A DNA stretch of 25,090 nucleotides from a virus (lineage: Duplodnaviria; Caudoviricetes). Positions 15,250-22,610 of this stretch are shown one piece after another. Each line of letters starts with the position of its first letter. The stretch's first letter is position 1. A model generated the notes under the pieces. That model was not told where the DNA came from. It was given only the letters and a program-made list of their open reading frames with translations, and made no database searches. The DNA is taken from positions 1 to 25,090 of IMG/VR virus record IMGVR_UViG_3300028145_000047. One strand, written 5' to 3'. Made by a program: the position numbers and the translations under genes.

Positions 15250-15470
15250 GCGCTGGTCCTATTCCACTTCAAATGATTTCGGCCGTATACAATCCAGAGC
15301 GCCGCATTCATAGGGAGCAGGCCCCACGCCCCAGCGGCATAGATCCAAACTAACCATAGAGCCTGATTACCGAGGCCGATAAGCCATGCACGCGGGTGCT
15401 TGTTGCCAGCCATGAGCGTCATCCAAATAGTGATCGCCGAGAGAAGCCACGGCAGATAATCCTTGATCAT
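15246..15470 (-). CDS. Three-helix membrane protein, half-size PnuC/SemiSWEET-like
   Basis: 74 aa with three hydrophobic segments; AWLIGLGNQALW and YGRNHLKW resemble PnuC repeat motifs. Confidence 0.55.
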   Translation of the reverse strand: MIKDYLPWLLSAITIWMTLMAGNKHPRAWLIGLGNQALWLVWIYAAGAWGLLPMNAALWIVYGRNHLKWNRTSA

Positions 15471-15679
15471 GCGCTGGTCCCTATCACCTTGCCGTCCCGC
15501 AACAGCATGCTCGGATGCCGCTGCGCCGCGCAGTAGGCCTCGATCGCTGCCTTACCGTCGGCCGCAATGGTTGGCACCAAGCGCACATGCTCGCAGCAGG
15601 CAACGCAAACAAACTTCGCGCCAGGCACGCTCGGGATATAACTGTCAAAATCGCCCACAGCGCTGAACTTGACGCTCAT
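15467..15679 (-). CDS. Small Cys-containing hypothetical protein
   Basis: ATGA coupling at both ends; GGAG RBS; CVACCEH motif. Confidence 0.55.
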   Translation of the reverse strand: MSVKFSAVGDFDSYIPSVPGAKFVCVACCEHVRLVPTIAADGKAAIEAYCAAQRHPSMLLRDGKVIGTSA

Positions 15680-15858
15680 GCTGCGTCTCCGTCCTCGATC
15701 GGAACGACCTTGTAGCCGCGCGCGGCCAACTCGAGCAGAAGCCAGTCCTCCCAGCAGGCAGGGCTCACATAGCCATGCGCCTTGATGTCGGCCAGCGCCT
15801 CACGCGCGCCGTTGCCCTCGCGCTCGGTCTTGCTCGGAAACGGGATCACGTCGCTCAC
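15676..15858 (-). CDS. Hypothetical protein (60 aa)
   Basis: GTGA-coupled start after GAGGAG; VIPFP N-terminus typical of alphaproteobacterial phage small proteins. Confidence 0.6.
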   Translation of the reverse strand: MSDVIPFPSKTEREGNGAREALADIKAHGYVSPACWEDWLLLELAARGYKVVPIEDGDAA

Positions 15859-16064
15859 GGCTCCTCTCCGTGCCTGATCTGGTAGAGAGTTAGGACAAAC
15901 ATCGCACAGAAATAGATCGCTAAGCAGAGGAGGTTCGTGCCGACGACGAACAGGACCACATAGGGGAAGAACCAAACCGCCGCTATGATCACGGCCCACA
16001 GCGCGGCGCCGAGCATCATGGCAAGCGGAAGGTTGGAGAACTCGGCCCTGGGCGCGTGCCTCAT
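15855..16064 (-). CDS. Two-helix membrane protein (69 aa)
   Basis: GGGGA RBS; two long hydrophobic segments. Confidence 0.55.
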   Translation of the reverse strand: MRHAPRAEFSNLPLAMMLGAALWAVIIAAVWFFPYVVLFVVGTNLLCLAIYFCAMFVLTLYQIRHGEEP

Positions 16065-16178
16065 TTCGATGTCCCCCAATCGTCGGGCCAGAAGAACGTC
16101 CACGGCTCCAGCATGACCCAAATCGCGAGCGGAAGCGATGGAGCGGCCGGCACCGATCTATCGAGAATCACCCGCCGC

Positions 16179-16478
16179 TTAGTTGTCGCGGCGCGGAGCC
16201 TCGGTCGATAGTCCTCCATCTCGATCACTTCGCCCATCGTCTTGCTCTCCCTGGATCAGTCTTACGACGTTGTCCGTCATTTCTTCCATCATTGCGCGGA
16301 TCTTGGCTTCGTCCAGATCGTGCGGGCCGCAGAGGACACACATCATGGCCTGCACCGAGCACAGCGCGCTCATGGCTTCGCTGGGCTTGGGCAGGGCGCG
16401 CAGCGTCGCGTAGATCATCTGCGCCGCCTGGTTGCCTCTGGCGATTCGGTCAGCGCGCTTGCCGCGATTCGTGGTCAT
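16179..16478 (-). CDS. Hypothetical protein (99 aa)
   Basis: ATGA coupling, GGAG RBS, helical composition. Confidence 0.6.
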   Translation of the reverse strand: MTTNRGKRADRIARGNQAAQMIYATLRALPKPSEAMSALCSVQAMMCVLCGPHDLDEAKIRAMMEEMTDNVVRLIQGEQDDGRSDRDGGLSTEAPRRDN

Positions 16479-16690
16479 GCGCCGTATTTCTCCGCCAGCC
16501 TCTTGCACATCATGCGCCATTCGTCCTTGGAAATGCGAGTATGAATGATCGTTCGATCGGAGCCGGGCCGCGCGGGGTCGACGCCGTAGATCGCTGCGCC
16601 CAGGCTTGGCTGCATCTTCTTCGGCTTCGGCTTGTCGTCGCCCAGCATCCGCGACCGGATGTTCGCGTAGTCGAATACGATCATGGTCAT
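16475..16690 (-). CDS. Mini-protein carrying a terminase-nuclease-like motif (71 aa)
   Basis: ATGA coupling, GGAG RBS; GVDPARPGSDRTII versus TerL GIDVARYGDDASSI. Confidence 0.65.
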   Translation of the reverse strand: MTMIVFDYANIRSRMLGDDKPKPKKMQPSLGAAIYGVDPARPGSDRTIIHTRISKDEWRMMCKRLAEKYGA

Positions 16691-17109
16691 TTCTGGCTCC
16701 GCTTCTCGGCCTGGCGCCCCTTGCGCCACTTCTTCTGCGCTGCAGCCCTGGCCATCCGGCGCGCGGCGCACACGGGGCAATCTGGCGCTGATTTGAGCTT
16801 GGTTGCGCGGGAGGGATTCGAACCCTCGACCTCCAGTTTATGAGACTGGCGAGCTAACCGCTGCTCCACCGGCGCAGAAAGGGTTGGCCCGGGCATTTCA
16901 CCGCCGGGCCTTTCGGTGGCGGGGGCCGATCTCCGCTTGCGGCCTCGTTCCAATTTCTCATGTGTCGGGTTCAATACAGGCGGGCTTACTTCCTCATGCT
17001 TGCCTCCCTTGTTGACCGGATCTCGACCGCGCGCAGCGTCCTCAAACTGGTTCGGCTTGCGCTGGAACCTCGCCTCTCGCATCGCGCGTAGTTGGTCGGA
17101 CTTGCTCAT
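16687..17109 (-). CDS. Hypothetical protein with C-terminal CPVC/basic tail and an embedded tRNA
   Basis: 140 aa open frame, coupled by ATGA to the next gene; apparent leaderless start behind a promoter; protein-like termini (MSKSDQLRAMREARF; CPVCAARR...KKWRK). Confidence 0.6.
   Translation of the reverse strand: MSKSDQLRAMREARFQRKPNQFEDAARGRDPVNKGGKHEEVSPPVLNPTHEKLERGRKRRSAPATERPGGEMPGPTLSAPVEQRLARQSHKLEVEGSNPSRATKLKSAPDCPVCAARRMARAAAQKKWRKGRQAEKRSQK
16800..16876 (-). tRNA. tRNA with CAT anticodon (Met-like; one extra C in the acceptor stem, possibly degenerate)
   Basis: D arm GAGC-AGCGGTTA-GCTC, anticodon arm CCAGT-CTCATAA-ACTGG, T arm GAGGG-TTCGAAT-CCCTC, encoded A-CCA end; acceptor TGCG(C)CGG/CCGCGCA. 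Confidence 0.8.
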
Positions 17110-17146
17110 CGGCGTAGATACTACACATCAGCAGCGTAGTGTCTAC
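17110..17146 (-). promoter_or_regulatory. Promoter with overlapping inverted-repeat operator
   Basis: TAGACA (17145-17140), 16 bp spacer, TAGTAT (17123-17118), ATG at 17109 with no RBS; 11 bp arms GTAGATACTAC (17114-17124) and GTAGTGTCTAC (17136-17146), one mismatch. Confidence 0.6.
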
Positions 17147-17148
17147 AA

Positions 17149-17301
17149 CTATTTCGGTAGATCCCACACGCCGTCCGGCCGCTGGCGCAGGTCGATCGGA
17201 GGCGGGATCATCTCTACCCTCGCGAATGGGGTCATATCCACCCCGAGCTCTTTCACGCGGTCATAGAGCCACGGGCCGATAAAGAGCCGCTGTGGCTGCA
17301 T
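17149..17301 (-). CDS. Hypothetical protein (50 aa)
   Basis: Manually translated MQPQRLFIGPWLYDRVKELGVDMTPFARVEMIPPPIDLRQRPDGVWDLPK; fills the gap after terS. Confidence 0.5.
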   Translation of the reverse strand: MQPQRLFIGPWLYDRVKELGVDMTPFARVEMIPPPIDLRQRPDGVWDLPK

Positions 17302-17314
17302 TTTCTCTTTGATA

Positions 17315-17836
17315 TCAATCATCTTCCACCACCTTGCCCTCGACCAGCTTCGGCTCTTCGTAGCTCTGGTTCACAAGGTCCGCCAGGCTCACCGTGATCT
17401 TCAAGTCTATGTTCTCCTTGAACATTCCTTTGTGCCGCGCCAGCGCGTCGAGCGCGGCGGTCTTGTTGTGCATCTTGATCACGATGCCGTCTTTCGTCTG
17501 CCGAACCTCAGAGATTGCCGCCGTTACATCGGGCCCGAGCTGCGCGCTGGGCCGGAGTTTCAGGCGCCGGCCGTCGAACTCCATGACGTCCGTGATGTCG
17601 CTATAGCCGATCCTTGCATACTCTTTGGCGAGCCGTTCGACGGCGATGGAGGCTCTTTCCTCCATTCTTTCAACGAGTTCCGAGAGGCGTTTCTTGACCG
17701 CTTCTTTTTGCGTCAACCGATAGGCGTTGCCTTCGTTCGGAGTATAGCCGGCAATCTCGAACGCCTCGCTCTGAGATTTTCCCTTGGCGAGTTCTAGGCA
17801 GAAGCGTTCGTGGCGGATATTCTTGAGTGGGGCCAT
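17315..17836 (-). CDS. terS: Terminase small subunit
   Basis: LKNIRHERFC...SQSEAFEIAGY...AYRL HTH; EYARIGYSDI and IKMHNKTAALDALARHKGMF motifs. Start inferred at MAPLKN. Confidence 0.88.
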   Translation of the reverse strand: MAPLKNIRHERFCLELAKGKSQSEAFEIAGYTPNEGNAYRLTQKEAVKKRLSELVERMEERASIAVERLAKEYARIGYSDITDVMEFDGRRLKLRPSAQLGPDVTAAISEVRQTKDGIVIKMHNKTAALDALARHKGMFKENIDLKITVSLADLVNQSYEEPKLVEGKVVEDD

Positions 17837-17840
17837 ATGC

Positions 17841-18026
17841 TTAGCGTGCATCTCTGGTAGGGGCTGATGGATAGGACCGGCCGTTGTTGGCACGACATGC
17901 GGCGTCGGCGGTTTCCCGTGTCTTCTTGGCCGGGGCGCACTTGGGGCACTCCCAGGGATACTCGCCCGAGGCGCGGAATGGTTGGCCGGTTTTGATCGTA
18001 CCGCACTTGCAGCGGAAAATCGCCAT
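17841..18026 (-). CDS. Small zinc-ribbon protein (61 aa)
   Basis: CKCG...WECPKC; TAATG coupling. Confidence 0.5.
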   Translation of the reverse strand: MAIFRCKCGTIKTGQPFRASGEYPWECPKCAPAKKTRETADAACRANNGRSYPSAPTRDAR

Positions 18027-18148
18027 TATGGCCACCATTCGGTGGGATTTTCCACTTCGTGGAAGTCCGGCATGTTTACGGCCCAGCACCAAACGTAGCC
18101 GGCAAAGAAACCGACGGCACCGACGACCACGAATAGAGCGTATATCAT
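18026..18148 (-). CDS. Small membrane peptide (40 aa)
   Basis: Manually translated MIYALFVVVGAVGFFAGYVWCWAVN...; ATGA and TAATG coupling; AAGGGGA RBS. Confidence 0.55.
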   Translation of the reverse strand: MIYALFVVVGAVGFFAGYVWCWAVNMPDFHEVENPTEWWP

Positions 18149-18345
18149 AGCGATTCCCCTTTGATGTGCGAGGTGCATGCCCTGATACCAAGCTTGCGCT
18201 GGTAGCAGTAGATGAACCGCGTACTGAGCCCGAGCTCGGCCGCGAGGATGGCCGGATCAATGCCGACATTGGCGCGCAAGAATGCGTCACGGTCTGGCGT
18301 GCGGTAGGCTGGCAATCGGCGCGGATAGAGTACGGTCTCAGTCAT
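18145..18345 (-). CDS. Small HTH-like protein
   Basis: PAILAAELGLSTRFIYCYQRKLGI resembles a helix-turn-helix. Confidence 0.6.
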   Translation of the reverse strand: MTETVLYPRRLPAYRTPDRDAFLRANVGIDPAILAAELGLSTRFIYCYQRKLGIRACTSHIKGESL

Positions 18346-18348
18346 CTG

Positions 18349-18450
18349 TCAGGGTCCAAACGGCAAATAGACCACGTAGCCGACGATCCGGAGCAGCACG
18401 TAAGCGATCAGTGCGGTGCTCAGATCCAGCGTCGTGTCTTCGGTCTCCAT
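18349..18450 (-). CDS. Possible small membrane peptide (33 aa)
   Basis: TGATG-coupled METEDTTLDLSTALIAYVLLRIVGYVVYLPFGP. Confidence 0.4.
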   Translation of the reverse strand: METEDTTLDLSTALIAYVLLRIVGYVVYLPFGP

Positions 18451-18818
18451 CAGCGGTACTCGTTGGCGGGCAGGCGGTTGACCATGTCGGTGCCTGCCGT
18501 TCCCTCCTGCTTGTGCCGGCGCACCTTGACGTGGCCAGCCTCAGCGACCGCCGATCGGCTTGCTTCGCGAATAACGCTGTCGACATTGTCCGAGATGATC
18601 TGCAGTCGCGTCGTCAGGCTCACCGCATAGGCCTGGAGCTTGTCCGCTTTCTCCATGGCCCGCTCGAGCTGCGCCTGGAGCCGCTCATTGTCTTTGGTCA
18701 GATCCCGCACCATCTCGTCGCGCTGGCGCAGGTCGGTCTTGGTGGCCTCTAGCTCGTCCTCAAGGAACTGAAGATCGTCGAGCTTGGATTTCAACTGGCT
18801 GGTTACGCTATGATTCAC
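18450..18818 (-). CDS. Coiled-coil hypothetical protein
   Basis: Heptad pattern; GAGGAG RBS with GTGA coupling. Confidence 0.7.
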   Translation of the reverse strand: MNHSVTSQLKSKLDDLQFLEDELEATKTDLRQRDEMVRDLTKDNERLQAQLERAMEKADKLQAYAVSLTTRLQIISDNVDSVIREASRSAVAEAGHVKVRRHKQEGTAGTDMVNRLPANEYR

Positions 18819-19024
18819 GAAACATCTCCTCGTTTGTACGGTCGGGAATTTTGGAACGCCGATCGATTCCGAATGACCAGCGCCTTGATGCCGTTCTCTC
18901 TCATGCCGGTGGCTTTGAGAGAGGCGGTGAACACTACCTCCGAGATCTCACCCAGGCGGTAGCGCTGGATCAATCCCTCGACCTTCTCTCGCTTTTGCTC
19001 GGGATCGTTCCATCCAACGGACAT
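18815..19024 (-). CDS. Hypothetical protein (69 aa)
   Basis: MSVGWNDPEQ...; overlaps the tail of the upstream ORF and is coupled to the downstream gene. Confidence 0.5.
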   Translation of the reverse strand: MSVGWNDPEQKREKVEGLIQRYRLGEISEVVFTASLKATGMRENGIKALVIRNRSAFQNSRPYKRGDVS

Positions 19025-19316
19025 TGCTCGCAATCTTCCTGTTCCGGTATTTGTCGCTCGCATGATAGCGAACGGTCGATTCGTCGCAATGGAGCATGTC
19101 GGCGATCAGCGGGGCGCCGGCGATCTTGGAGGCCATCCGAATAAACTCGGTGCGGGCTGCGCTGAGTCGCGGCGTATTTGTTGCCTTCAGCCTCATGTCG
19201 GCGATATCAACCGCGTACATCTTTGCGACGCTCACAAGGATGTCGGCTACCTTCGCCCGCCTGACCTCCATGCTCCGCGCGCGTCTTCCCGCGTTCGTGG
19301 TGGGGCGCTGGCTCAT
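18948..19316 (-). CDS. DnaA C-terminal-like HTH DNA-binding protein
   Basis: ILVSVAKMYAVDIADM...AR...IADMLHCDESTVRY resembles DnaA domain IV (DHTTV box); GGAGGT RBS. Confidence 0.65.
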   Translation of the reverse strand: MSQRPTTNAGRRARSMEVRRAKVADILVSVAKMYAVDIADMRLKATNTPRLSAARTEFIRMASKIAGAPLIADMLHCDESTVRYHASDKYRNRKIASNVRWMERSRAKAREGRGIDPALPPG

Positions 19317-19633
19317 CTCGTTACCTCCACGTTATGCCCGTGGACGTCGGCGATGGCCTGGCGGTAGCCGCACAGCACGCTTTCAAGTTTGGCGATTTTG
19401 GCTGTGGCTTGTTCGAGTTCTTCAGATAGTTCGTCAATTCGCGCCTGCCTGTGGTCAAGTTGATTGTCCGCTCCTCTGGCTTCGTCCCGCCATTCGTTCA
19501 CAGCGCGGTCGAGATCGATATTCCGCTTCGACAACTCGTCGATCCGAGCGGAGAGATTCTCGTTCTCCCGCTCAAGATTCGCGATTGTGACAGCGGGCTT
19601 TTCATTCTTCGGCGTGGGTGGACGCTGCATCAT
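19313..19633 (-). CDS. Coiled-coil hypothetical protein (106 aa)
   Basis: AAGGAG RBS, ATGA coupling, heptad repeats. Confidence 0.7.
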   Translation of the reverse strand: MMQRPPTPKNEKPAVTIANLERENENLSARIDELSKRNIDLDRAVNEWRDEARGADNQLDHRQARIDELSEELEQATAKIAKLESVLCGYRQAIADVHGHNVEVTR

Positions 19634-20079
19634 GGCTCCTTCGGTTCCAGCATTTTTTCGATTTCGGCCTTGAGTACGCCCTCTGGAACGCCAGGAAGGT
19701 ACTCGGTCACAGCCACGAAGTTTGCCCGACGCAGCAACCGGATCCACTCATCCGAGGACAGATTCGCCGTCGTCTTGGCTCGTATCTCCGTCTTTCCGCG
19801 GAGCTTGTCGTGGTGATAGGTCGCGTGCCGGCACTGCAGGAGCAATTGCTCCTTGGCGAAGTCCTTTGATCCGCCGAAGAAATCCACCGCCTCGGCGAGC
19901 TTACCGCACAGGGCATGAAAGAACTTACGGTACTTCTCGTTGACCGGCACAGTCAGTTTGGCGTCGACTTCCGAGCCTATTGCTATGCTGCTCCATTCCT
20001 CATCGAACACTGCACTCTCAAGGAAAAGGCCTATCTCCCCTTCCCTGGCGCGGCGCTTGCGGAGGAAAATCTCGGTCAC
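19630..20079 (-). CDS. NinB/DUF1367-like recombination accessory protein
   Basis: NEKYRKFFHAL, KTTANLSSDEW and YLPGV motifs; downstream of recT. Confidence 0.6.
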   Translation of the reverse strand: MTEIFLRKRRAREGEIGLFLESAVFDEEWSSIAIGSEVDAKLTVPVNEKYRKFFHALCGKLAEAVDFFGGSKDFAKEQLLLQCRHATYHHDKLRGKTEIRAKTTANLSSDEWIRLLRRANFVAVTEYLPGVPEGVLKAEIEKMLEPKEP

Positions 20080-20256
20080 TCAGATGAACCCCTTATCCTG
20101 TGCCAACCATTCCGGCATCGTGAATGTGCCGTCTGGATTCCGCTCGCACTGCGACTTAGGAATCCATTCCGTTGTCTTGCCGTCGTAGATGCGCCAAGCT
20201 TTGTCAGTCTCTCCACGCACCTCGGCAGCGATGTCGATCAGTTCACGCTTGCCCAT
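20080..20256 (-). CDS. Conserved small phage protein (ETDKA...WIPKSQ...MPEWLA family)
   Basis: Recurrent phage motif; GAGGA RBS before MGKRELIDI. Confidence 0.7.
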   Translation of the reverse strand: MGKRELIDIAAEVRGETDKAWRIYDGKTTEWIPKSQCERNPDGTFTMPEWLAQDKGFI

Positions 20257-20380
20257 TCCGTTCCTCACATGCCCTGCAATACATCCGGTGGGTCTGGCAC
20301 ACCGGCCGGCGATAGAACCAGCCGCATCCTATGCAAACGTCGGCTATGCTGCCGAACACCGGCTTGATAGGATCACTCAT
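20243..20380 (-). CDS. Small Cys-rich peptide (45 aa)
   Basis: Manually translated MSDPIKPVFGSIADVCIGCGWFYRRPVCQTHRMYCRACEERNGQA; two CxxC motifs. Confidence 0.5.
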   Translation of the reverse strand: MSDPIKPVFGSIADVCIGCGWFYRRPVCQTHRMYCRACEERNGQA

Positions 20381-21506
20381 CAGCTTTCAGCGCATTCTGC
20401 CGGCGATCATACGCCGCAATCACGTCGTCTTGGTCAGGAGGCATCAGGCTTTTGATCTGCGGCTCGATCTCCTGATTCCAGAACGTTTCAAGCTCGCCGC
20501 CGTCCATGTGCTCGTTGATCCGCTTGAACGCGAGCGTGATCCACTTCTCGTACCCGGTTTTGAGATCTGGCCACTTCAACTTCGGCTTGGCCGGCTCGGC
20601 CTTCGGAGGATCAATCGGCCCGCTGCTGATCGGATCCGACTTCTCGGCGGCCATGTCGACCACATCGCCAGGGCGATACTTGTCGGTGCCGTGGTCGCTT
20701 TCTGTGGGTTCGGTCGCTGCCTGCTCGATCTCAGACGGGCTCGGAACGCGCAAGCGTGGCTGCACCGGCAGCGTATCCATGTTCGGATGCTCGGCCTCAT
20801 CCTCGATCCGGAATGCAGCGGCCATCTCTGGCGATTGCTCTTGACGCTTCATGAGCCGGCGCAGCACGGTCTTCTTGCACATTTCGACTTCGTCAGTCGA
20901 CCACGGTGTCGACTTGATCTTTTCCTGAACGAATGCCTTCCATGCATCGGAGCGGTCGCGGATTGCAAGGCATTGCTCGCGCGACATCGGCTCGAAATCA
21001 AAGTTGCCGTCCTTGTATGCAACTACAGCGACATAGCCGACCAAATCGCCTCGATCGACGAACAATTTCGGCCGATGGTGGAACACCTTCGGGAAACCGA
21101 GATCGCACTCAACATCGTCCAATGCGTGAACCTCATGAGCGTAGAGGCCTGACACAGTGCCTGCCTGCCGTGCCAGTTTGCACATGCCCTTGTAGCCAAC
21201 GCGCAGCTGCGGCTCCGTGCTGCGTGTCTTATAGTTGTAGGCTGTGACGATGTAGGCTTCACCCAAGATCGGGTCGAGCAACAGGCCGAGGCCTGCAGCC
21301 TTCGACACCTCGCGGAAGATCAGGCGAGGGTCGAAATTCATCAGCGCCGGATTTGCCATCAGTGCATTGACGAGGTTGCGCTCAAACACTGCCGGCTTGA
21401 TATGCTGCGGTAGGGAGCGCCACAGATCGTGCGCGCGCTCTGGCGGCAGAACCTGGGTGCGATACTCATCAAGCTTTGATGGCTGGTGCGGAACGATTGC
21501 GTTCAT
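20373..21506 (-). CDS. recT: RecT-family single-strand annealing protein
   Basis: LGLLLDPILGEAYIV, QLRVGYKGMCKLA and PWSTDEVEMCKKTVLRRLMK motifs; GAGGA RBS before MNAIV. Confidence 0.9.
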   Translation of the reverse strand: MNAIVPHQPSKLDEYRTQVLPPERAHDLWRSLPQHIKPAVFERNLVNALMANPALMNFDPRLIFREVSKAAGLGLLLDPILGEAYIVTAYNYKTRSTEPQLRVGYKGMCKLARQAGTVSGLYAHEVHALDDVECDLGFPKVFHHRPKLFVDRGDLVGYVAVVAYKDGNFDFEPMSREQCLAIRDRSDAWKAFVQEKIKSTPWSTDEVEMCKKTVLRRLMKRQEQSPEMAAAFRIEDEAEHPNMDTLPVQPRLRVPSPSEIEQAATEPTESDHGTDKYRPGDVVDMAAEKSDPISSGPIDPPKAEPAKPKLKWPDLKTGYEKWITLAFKRINEHMDGGELETFWNQEIEPQIKSLMPPDQDDVIAAYDRRQNALKADE

Positions 21507-21528
21507 TTTCTTTTCCTCGGGACGTGTC

Positions 21529-21557
21529 ATTCTCAGTGCGCCGACTGGCGATGTCAA
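21529..21557 (-). promoter_or_regulatory. Sigma70-type promoter upstream of recT
   Basis: TTGACA (21557-21552), 17 bp spacer, GAGAAT (21534-21529), with AT-rich sequence upstream. Confidence 0.65.
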
Positions 21558-21566
21558 CCGTATAAT

Positions 21567-22610
21567 TTACCGGACGACGCTTCTCTCTTCGAACTTCGCG
21601 CCTGGCACATCAAGACCGGCGCGGATCGCCTTCTCGGCCAACTTGGTCAGGAGTTCGATAACGTCGGCATTCGTCTTGAATGATTCGAACACCTTCGCCG
21701 CGTCGATCTCGGTGACGAACTTCTCCAACTTGACCGAGGCCGCGCGGCCCGCACCGCCCCTGATCTGCGCCGACGGCGCGGGCGTGTTCGGCTTGACCTC
21801 GGCGGGCGGCGGCGGGGCGGGCTTGTTCGCCTCCTCGGCCTTCCGGACGGCCTCGGCATGCTCGCGCGCAGCCTTGTCCGCGGCCTCCTGGGCGAGCTTG
21901 GCAGCGGCGCGCTTGGCATCTTCCCACTTGCCCATGGCTGCAGCGAGTTCCTTCACGCCGGCATCGGCCTCGTCCCGGATCGGGAACCAGATTTCCCGCA
22001 ATGCCTTCTGCTGGTCGAGCAACGGCCGGTTCGCCGCGTCGTATGCCTTCCCCGCCGCGCCTCGGCTGTCGAGCAGCTTGTTCTGCAGGCTCCGCGCCTT
22101 GCTCGACATCTCGTCGCTGTCGATCGCCTTGTACTTGGCGATCAGGGCGATATCGGCCTTGACGGCGGCGGCGATCTTCTCGGCCGGGGATTGCTCGGCA
22201 GCGGGCTGCGGCTCATTCGGCAGCGCCGGTGCCGCGTCGTGGCTGTCGGGCCATCCCTCGCCGCGCTCGGCGACCGTTCTATACCACGCTTCGCTGATTG
22301 GGTTTGCGGCAACGTAGCTCCAAAGTTCGTTGATCTGGTCGCGGTCGGTCAGATGTTTGTCGGAACCAAACTGGCCAACACAAGCCACTATGGCCTTGTC
22401 GGGGCCAAGGAAGATCGCGACTGGCGTCCAGCCGACGCGCTTGCTGCGAACGTTGGGTTCCTTGACGTACACGCCCTTGCGGTAGAAACCCAATTCCGGA
22501 CAGTCGACGAACATCTTCGGCTTCTTGCCGGCGAGCGCCTCCCGCCAATACGTGTAGTTAGGAATCAAGGCGCTGTTGTCGGGGCTCACTTTGGTCTCGG
22601 CCATTGCCAT
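21567..22610 (-). CDS. Recombination-module hypothetical protein with coiled-coil C-terminus
   Basis: AGGAG RBS before MAMAET; PELGFYR and WSYVAANPISEAWY motifs; C-terminal IRAGLDVPGAKFEE resembles Gp157/Gam-like tails. Confidence 0.75.
   Translation of the reverse strand: MAMAETKVSPDNSALIPNYTYWREALAGKKPKMFVDCPELGFYRKGVYVKEPNVRSKRVGWTPVAIFLGPDKAIVACVGQFGSDKHLTDRDQINELWSYVAANPISEAWYRTVAERGEGWPDSHDAAPALPNEPQPAAEQSPAEKIAAAVKADIALIAKYKAIDSDEMSSKARSLQNKLLDSRGAAGKAYDAANRPLLDQQKALREIWFPIRDEADAGVKELAAAMGKWEDAKRAAAKLAQEAADKAAREHAEAVRKAEEANKPAPPPPAEVKPNTPAPSAQIRGGAGRAASVKLEKFVTEIDAAKVFESFKTNADVIELLTKLAEKAIRAGLDVPGAKFEERSVVR

Larger units (their letters stand above)
15118..15489 (-). repeat. Three copies of a ~20 bp gene-junction motif ATAGG(G)ACCAGCGCATGA
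   Basis: Copies at 15118-15142, 15246-15265 and 15465-15489, each containing the RBS and ATG of the next gene. Confidence 0.8.

Noticed and set aside
15118-15489. CRISPR-like or attC-like array
   Set aside because: The repeats are degenerate, non-palindromic and separated by whole genes of unequal length; no cas or integrase gene is present.
16800-16876. tRNA as a prophage attachment site or boundary
   Set aside because: Phage genes continue on both sides (terS and terL) and no integrase is present in the window.
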